Origin: a virus
Taxonomy: Duplodnaviria > Caudoviricetes
Reading direction: 5' to 3' (one strand)
Virus record (IMG/VR): IMGVR_UViG_3300036766_000591
Span: 1-50,708 of that record
DNA length: 50,708 bases
The position numbers and the translations under genes were made by a program. Shown here one piece after another: positions 45,219 to 50,708 of the stretch. The notes under the pieces were generated by a model, which saw only the letters and a list, made by a program, of their open reading frames with translations, had not been told where the DNA came from and searched no databases. Each line of letters opens with the position of its first letter. Position 1 is the stretch's first letter.

Positions 45219-47715
45219 GGCCTGCGCCTCCATCCCTCGGGCGCCTCGGCCGCGATCCCCTCGTACTGCGCGCGCGCCTTCCGTCGCTCGGCCATCACGC
45301 TGACGCACTCTGGACGCAGCACCAGCAACGCAAGTGAATCGCTCGCCGAGACGCCGAACGTGCGAAAGGCGCGAGCGCACCACCGCGCAGGCTCTAGGTC
45401 CGGCAGCGGTGACGTCGGCTCCTGGCGAGGAAAGAGTACGTGGATCGTCAGCACGATCGCTACGCCACCAAGCGCCCACACGCGCAGCCAGCCGCCCGCG
45501 GTCATAGGATGGAACGTGATCATTGCTCCCCCTTCCGTTTCCATTGCGTCCAGTGCCGGCCCTCTGCGGTGTAGAGCCGCATGGCGGCCGGCAGCGATGC
45601 ACCACAGACGAAACGCCCAAGCCATGAGCAGCGAAGCCGGAGCAGCCAGAGGGTGAGTCTCGATGTCATAGGTCCGTCTTGGTTAGGCATCGTGCGGGGC
45701 CGCGCTGCGCTGGGTGATGGCCGGTCCTGGTTCCACCGGTGATGGCCGGCGCAGCAACGTCCCGCAACTCGTCATGGCGATGGCATCCGTTCGGTTGACG
45801 GCCCGCCCGTGACTGGCGCCGGCGCGTGGCGCTCGCCTGAGAAGCGCAGCGGCTGGATCCAGTCCGCGTCCAGCACTTCAAGCCGCTGCTCGTCGAACCA
45901 CTCGGCTTCGCGCTTCTTGCCGTCCTTGTCCACAGGCGGCAGCACGCAGAACTGCGTGCAGCCGGTCAGGTACTCGCACCGGCCGTAGGTGACGCCTTCG
46001 AAGCCGGTAATGACGTCCCGCACCTTCACGCCTAACGCGATCACGTAACCCCCTGCTGTAAGGGTTCGATCGTTCGTCCGCTCGCCGCATGCAACAACCA
46101 CGCTCCCCACGTCCCGCACTCCTGGCATTCACCTTCCCGGCGCCTGGCGCCGCTCATGTGGTACTCGACTTCGATGTCCCGCACCCTGAGATGTGGACAC
46201 GGCGGGCGCCCCACCAGCTTGATCCGCTCGACCGTTAGGCCATTGAATGGATTCGCGCTCCGGTCGAGGTAGTCGCGGCTCATGCCGCGAGTGCTCCCCA
46301 CGCGCCGCCATGCGCGCAACGCGAGTCTCTTCGCTTCGTCTACCGCCCGCGCACGGACGAACAAGACGTCTCGCTCGTCCGAGCTGGGACCGGTGCCGTC
46401 GTCGAGCATCCTGTCTACGTAAACGTAGGTCGGAGAGCAGACCACCCATACGCGCGGGCGGCGGCTCCCCCGCCACGCCATTGCTATCCGCTTGGCGAGG
46501 ATCACGGAAGCCGCGTCAGGCGGACGGCGACGGCGCCGAGTACGACGGCTAGGACGCCCAGGACCAGCAGTCGAGCTCGCACCCGCTCGTGCGTCGGCTG
46601 AATGAGCCGCGGGGTCGCGGCCGGCGTCAGCACGATACACGCCAGCGTTAGGCCGAGCGCGGCGCCCGCCAACAGCACGCCCACTTCGCGGCCGGTCATT
46701 GCAGCTCCCCGGCTGCTTGCGCCTCTGCATCCTTCAAGCTACCGCCATTGCACGCCCACAGCGTCCGCGCGCGGATGCCTACTCGCCGCTGCTCTCGTGG
46801 ATGCGCCAGCGTCGCCGTGCCGCCATATGCCTGGACGATCAGCGCGTGGCGGGTCGCCAGCTCCATTACTTCGGTCCATGCCTGGTCCTCAGTCACATAG
46901 ACCGCCGCTCGCAAGTTCGGCGGAGCAGGCGGTGGCGCCGGCCTAACCGTTCCTGCGGGTAGCGGCGTCGGTTGCTTTCGCTGGCCCATGTTAGTCCTCC
47001 TGTGTCCGTCGTGGCGGCTCGAGGTCGAGCGCCAGCGCTGCATCGTCCGCGTGCCGCCGCTCTGCGTTCTCCTTCGCCGAGCGCTCGGCATCCGTAGCGT
47101 CGAGGCACGGCTCACACCAGCCAGCGCTCTCTACCTCTCCCGGCTTTAACGGCCTGAATGCCAGTCCGACGAACGCCTCACCGCAGTTCACGCAGCGCTT
47201 GCGGACTTGCGCCAGTCCGTGACCGATCGTCACCGCGAGCACGTCGCTGATGGGCGCCGGTCGATGGCGCGCGCACCAAGGACATGGGTCCGCGCCCTCC
47301 CACCGGTGGCCGCACTTGCCGCAGCGATTCACTTCTTCGGCTTCCTCGTCCGCTTGGGCTTGCTGCCCGCCTTGAGGTGCCTGCTCTGCGGAATAAGCTC
47401 AGCATCCTCGGCGTGCTGGCCAGGCTTCCCGGTGCGCACGATCGTCATTTGCGTGCCGGCCTTCGTCGGCTCCGCGGCGGTCGCCGTTTCGTCCACTTCG
47501 AGCTGCATCTCAAGCTGATCATCGAACTGCGGCCGGACCTTCTTGTCCACGTAGGCCGCCTGCACTTCCAGGTCGTCCGCGACCTTGGTTACGCCCATCT
47601 TGCGGAGCGCCTTTGCCTGACGCCTTAGTGCGTCGGTGTAGAACACGAGCGACGCCTTGATGATCTCGCGCGCCGCCTTCGTGGGTGTTGGCATCTTCGT
47701 GGGTTCATCGGTCAC
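45215..47715 (-). CDS. Cluster of small early genes in branch B: 45215-45625, 45772-46044, 46041-46505, 46502-46699, 46696-46989, 46991-47332, 47329-47715
   Basis: Coupled overlaps; several contain CxxC motifs or TM segments. Confidence 0.6.
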
Positions 47716-48710
47716 TGTGACGCGTCTCCCTGTGGGGGTTTGGTTAGGCCATGCTGCGTGAGCATCCTGTGAACCTTCCCGGGCCGATAGCCGCCGAGCC
47801 GCGCTAGGCGCTCAACCTGCTCGCGATCCCGGTAGACGGTCTGTACTTGGAGCCAGCCGCCCTTGCGCGCCTTGTCGTCCTGGCCTGAGATCATCCGGTC
47901 CTTGAGCGCGCCGTCCGCAGCGTACAGCAGCTCGGAGCCTGACGCCAGCACGTCGCCATTCTCCCGCAGCCGCGACCGCATCTGCTTCTCGCGCTTCTCG
48001 TCCAGCAACACTCCTTCATGCCCCCAGCGCTTCATCGCATACGCGAAGGCGAGCGCGATCACCGCCGTATGTAGATTGTCGCGCGCGCGTCGGTTGTGGG
48101 TGTCTGCTTCGACCGCTGTGAGCGCAGCGACCAGCGCCGAGTCAACCCAGGGAACGATCTCGGCCACCCGGCGCCGGAGAGTGAATGCGTCACGCGCGAG
48201 CGTGACAAAGGCAGGTCCTTGCCCTTGCTCTAGTACTGGTTTACCGGAGACAGATGCTTCTGTATCTGACTCTGCTTCTGATTGGGCTAACGGCGGCTTA
48301 CGCGGTTTACTAATTTGTTTACGCGGTCCTAAGCTGTTGTCCGCGTTCGTCTTGGCCGCACCTCTGTAAGCTTTCATGTACTTCCGCATGTACTCACGGC
48401 GGTCATCCTCGTCCCGGATGCCCTGGTAGTGCTGGTGGCTCGGAACTGCATAACCATACTCGCTCTCCCGCACTAACCGGCGACCTTCAAGATTCCTATT
48501 TCTGCTGCGCGGGTCAGGAGCGGACAAGAAAGTGACCGCGCTTACCACATCATCCTCGGAACACCCAAGCAGGTGACCAACGAGAGCAGGGTTGAGCTCA
48601 ACCTGGCCGTTGCGAGCATGCGCGATCACATAACCCCATACGGCGAACACCACCGGCCCAGACCCGATCATTGAGCCGGTGTACATGGACTCAAAGTGCT
48701 TACCGAACAC
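47712..48710 (-). CDS. Second replication initiator-like protein
   Basis: FGK.F.SMY.GSM, PDP.SR....GRRL, Y.....DRREYMR..M..YR, AEAES.T-type linker; internal AT-rich stretch with TTACGCGGT twice (~48298-48328). Confidence 0.7.
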   Translation of the reverse strand: MFGKHFESMYTGSMIGSGPVVFAVWGYVIAHARNGQVELNPALVGHLLGCSEDDVVSAVTFLSAPDPRSRNRNLEGRRLVRESEYGYAVPSHQHYQGIRDEDDRREYMRKYMKAYRGAAKTNADNSLGPRKQISKPRKPPLAQSEAESDTEASVSGKPVLEQGQGPAFVTLARDAFTLRRRVAEIVPWVDSALVAALTAVEADTHNRRARDNLHTAVIALAFAYAMKRWGHEGVLLDEKREKQMRSRLRENGDVLASGSELLYAADGALKDRMISGQDDKARKGGWLQVQTVYRDREQVERLARLGGYRPGKVHRMLTQHGLTKPPQGDASQ

Positions 48711-49145
48711 TTAGGATGCCTCCATCGGCGCATGCTCGAAGAGAGCGTTGCAGGCCCTACAGCTGATAGCTTGAGGCATGAAGTTGTTAGGCGGAACGTG
48801 CCCAGGCGGGTCGAAAAACAGACGAAGACCAACTGCTGCGATTATTAGACAGCCGGGACTGCCTAGCGGTACGAATGCTTCGACACCGCAGCGACTACAG
48901 GCCAGCTCATAGTCGGTCGTCTGGATGGGACGATCCGGCCATGCAATGATCTTCCACGTCCTGCGTCGCTTCATGGTGCGACAATCCGTGAGTCGTCCCC
49001 GACAACCCCGATGGCTACCCCCGCCCCGCCGCGAGGCGGGAGCGGGCATCGGAGCGCCGGGGACGAAATGAAGACCCGAACGCGGGCGCGGCAGGCAGCG
49101 TGCCGCACTTCCAACCCTAACAGCACCAGCATGGAAAGGCTACCC

Positions 49146-50432
49146 CTACGCCTTGCGCGCGGCCGGCGGACCCGCCTTCTCCAGCGCGAGCAGGATCTTC
49201 CGCAGGTCGTCCAGCGACAGGTCGTTGAACCCCGCGCCGTACATCTCGCTGTAGATGATCCGCGTCTTCTTCGGCACGTCCTCGTCGGCGAGCAGCCGCT
49301 CGATCTCGGTGCACAGCTCGGCGCGCTCCCGCATGATCTTCTCCTCGCCGCTCTCCTGCGCCGTCGCTGCGTTCGCCTCGCGTGCCTTGGTCACGGCGAC
49401 CGGCTCACTGGGGAAGTTGTCGCGGTTCTTCAGCTCCTCGCGGGCTAGCGCCTGCCAGACCGCGGTGTGCCCACCGAAGCTCCGCTCACCCTCAAGCATC
49501 CACTCCAGTTGATTGCGCGCCAGGTCGCGCACGCGCTTGCCCTTCCACCCTGCGGGGCCGAACGATACCGGCGTGTCGACCGTGGGGGCTGGCGTTGCCG
49601 GCGCCGCGGCGCGCGCCGTAACCGCCTCGGCGGCCGAGGCATCATCGCCGCCCGCCATGTCCTCGACGTCCTGGGTGAACAGGTCGGACGTCGCGGTGGC
49701 GCGGATCGTCGCGTCCACTACCGCCCGCTTCTCGGCCATCTTGAGCAGCGTGTTCAGCAGGTCCAGCGCGTCGGGGTTCGCCGTGCGGCCCGTCACCTGC
49801 TCCGTGATCGCCGGGTCGTTGGGGCCGAACTCCTCGCCGCAGCCGCCGACCTTGGCGAAGCAGTACCACGGCTTCTCACCCTTGAAGGCTCCGCCCTTCG
49901 ACTCGAACTTCGACTTGTTGATCGTCTCCTTGTGGCACTTCGGACACGTCCGCGATGCTGTCCGGTAGCGGTACTTCGTCTCCCAGGATGACGCCGCGCC
50001 GTAGCCGACGCCGATCACCGGGCCTGCCAGGTTGCCCGCGTGCATCTCGCAGCGGACGATGATCCGCACCGCCGGGCTCTCCACGTTGGTCAGGTCACCG
50101 TACACGATCTGGAGCCTATCGTTCGGGCAGTCGGGTACGTAGTTGTAGAGGCTGTACAGCACCTCGGCGCCGGGCTTGCGGAGACCGAACTGCGCGTCCT
50201 TGTCGTTCTCTCTCCCCGGCACTTTGCCGTAGTGGACGCCCTCGACCATCATGGCCCGCTGGATACGCTGCACGCGCTCCCGGCCCTTCTTCATCGCCTC
50301 GAGTCGCCGGTCGAACTCCTCGTCGCTCATCGTGGCGAGGGCATAGACGCCGGTCGCGGGCCCGAGGGTTGCAACCTCGGCACCTTCCTCCTCAACTACG
50401 ATGAGGCTGGTCCCTTCCTTCTCTGTTGCCAT
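49146..50432 (-). CDS. Putative ssDNA-annealing/recombination protein with a zinc-ribbon insertion
   Basis: HYG.VPG, L.KPGAE, E.KY, CPKC...WYC..K.GGCG, NTLLKMAEKRA.VDA, SDLFTQD.ED. Confidence 0.6.
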   Translation of the reverse strand: MATEKEGTSLIVVEEEGAEVATLGPATGVYALATMSDEEFDRRLEAMKKGRERVQRIQRAMMVEGVHYGKVPGRENDKDAQFGLRKPGAEVLYSLYNYVPDCPNDRLQIVYGDLTNVESPAVRIIVRCEMHAGNLAGPVIGVGYGAASSWETKYRYRTASRTCPKCHKETINKSKFESKGGAFKGEKPWYCFAKVGGCGEEFGPNDPAITEQVTGRTANPDALDLLNTLLKMAEKRAVVDATIRATATSDLFTQDVEDMAGGDDASAAEAVTARAAAPATPAPTVDTPVSFGPAGWKGKRVRDLARNQLEWMLEGERSFGGHTAVWQALAREELKNRDNFPSEPVAVTKAREANAATAQESGEEKIMRERAELCTEIERLLADEDVPKKTRIIYSEMYGAGFNDLSLDDLRKILLALEKAGPPAARKA

Positions 50433-50637
50433 CGGACTTCTCCTTGTTGGATTGCGTCGCCCGTTGCTTGGCGCGCGCCCTGGCGCGAGCGACGATGCGC
50501 TTGCGGCGTGCGATGCGGTTCACTTCGCCAATCAACGCGACCCGCGCCAGCTCTGCCGGTGAGGCATAGCCAGCGATGCGGGTGGCGCGTCTCACCGTTT
50601 CATCCAGCGAATCCGGCAACCTAACCACGATCAACAT
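50392..50637 (-). CDS. Small ribbon-helix-helix-like DNA-binding protein
   Basis: LIVVRLPDSL...V...G..S.AEL.R.AL. Confidence 0.45.
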   Translation of the reverse strand: MLIVVRLPDSLDETVRRATRIAGYASPAELARVALIGEVNRIARRKRIVARARARAKQRATQSNKEKSDGNREGRDQPHRS

Positions 50638-50708
50638 TCAGCCCCCCCTGACCCCTAAACGCTACGGTGACCAGCCGCCTGGCTCAAGGGGCACGTCTTT
50701 AGGCGCCG

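Noticed and set aside
1-50708. CRISPR array, tRNA or rRNA
   Set aside because: No regularly spaced repeats or recognisable tRNA/rRNA motifs; coding density leaves little room.

Overview
This GC-rich window is a tailed dsDNA phage of siphovirus type with HK97-like head genes, and almost all genes lie on the minus strand. Bases 1-127 recur exactly at 43807-43933. Joining 1 to 43806 restores an in-frame gene, so 1-43806 looks like a complete circular ~43.8-kb phage genome. Region 43934-50708 looks like an alternative early region with a second replication initiator and a second annealing protein; it probably comes from a related phage joined by the assembler. Read on the minus strand, the circle carries early and replication genes (beta-clamp-like protein, HNHs, C5 methyltransferase, DUF1376 initiator). 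Next comes a displaced virion-accessory cluster with the head-tail adaptor, then HNH, a PAPS-reductase-like gene, terS, terL, portal, S49 protease and capsid. The tail genes follow (-1 frameshift chaperones, tape measure), then lysis (GH108), a Cro-like HTH, an N6/N4 methyltransferase and a RecT-like gene. I saw no integrase, tRNA or CRISPR. The most notable pattern is a set of HNH insertions that do not interrupt host translation. Two HNH genes are overprinted in alternative frames inside the two intact methyltransferase ORFs. Two antisense zinc-finger-peptide + HNH cassettes in the tail operon have opposite strands that form stop-free ORFs coupled at both ends to the flanking tail genes. All functional calls come from motif recognition by eye; no searches were run.
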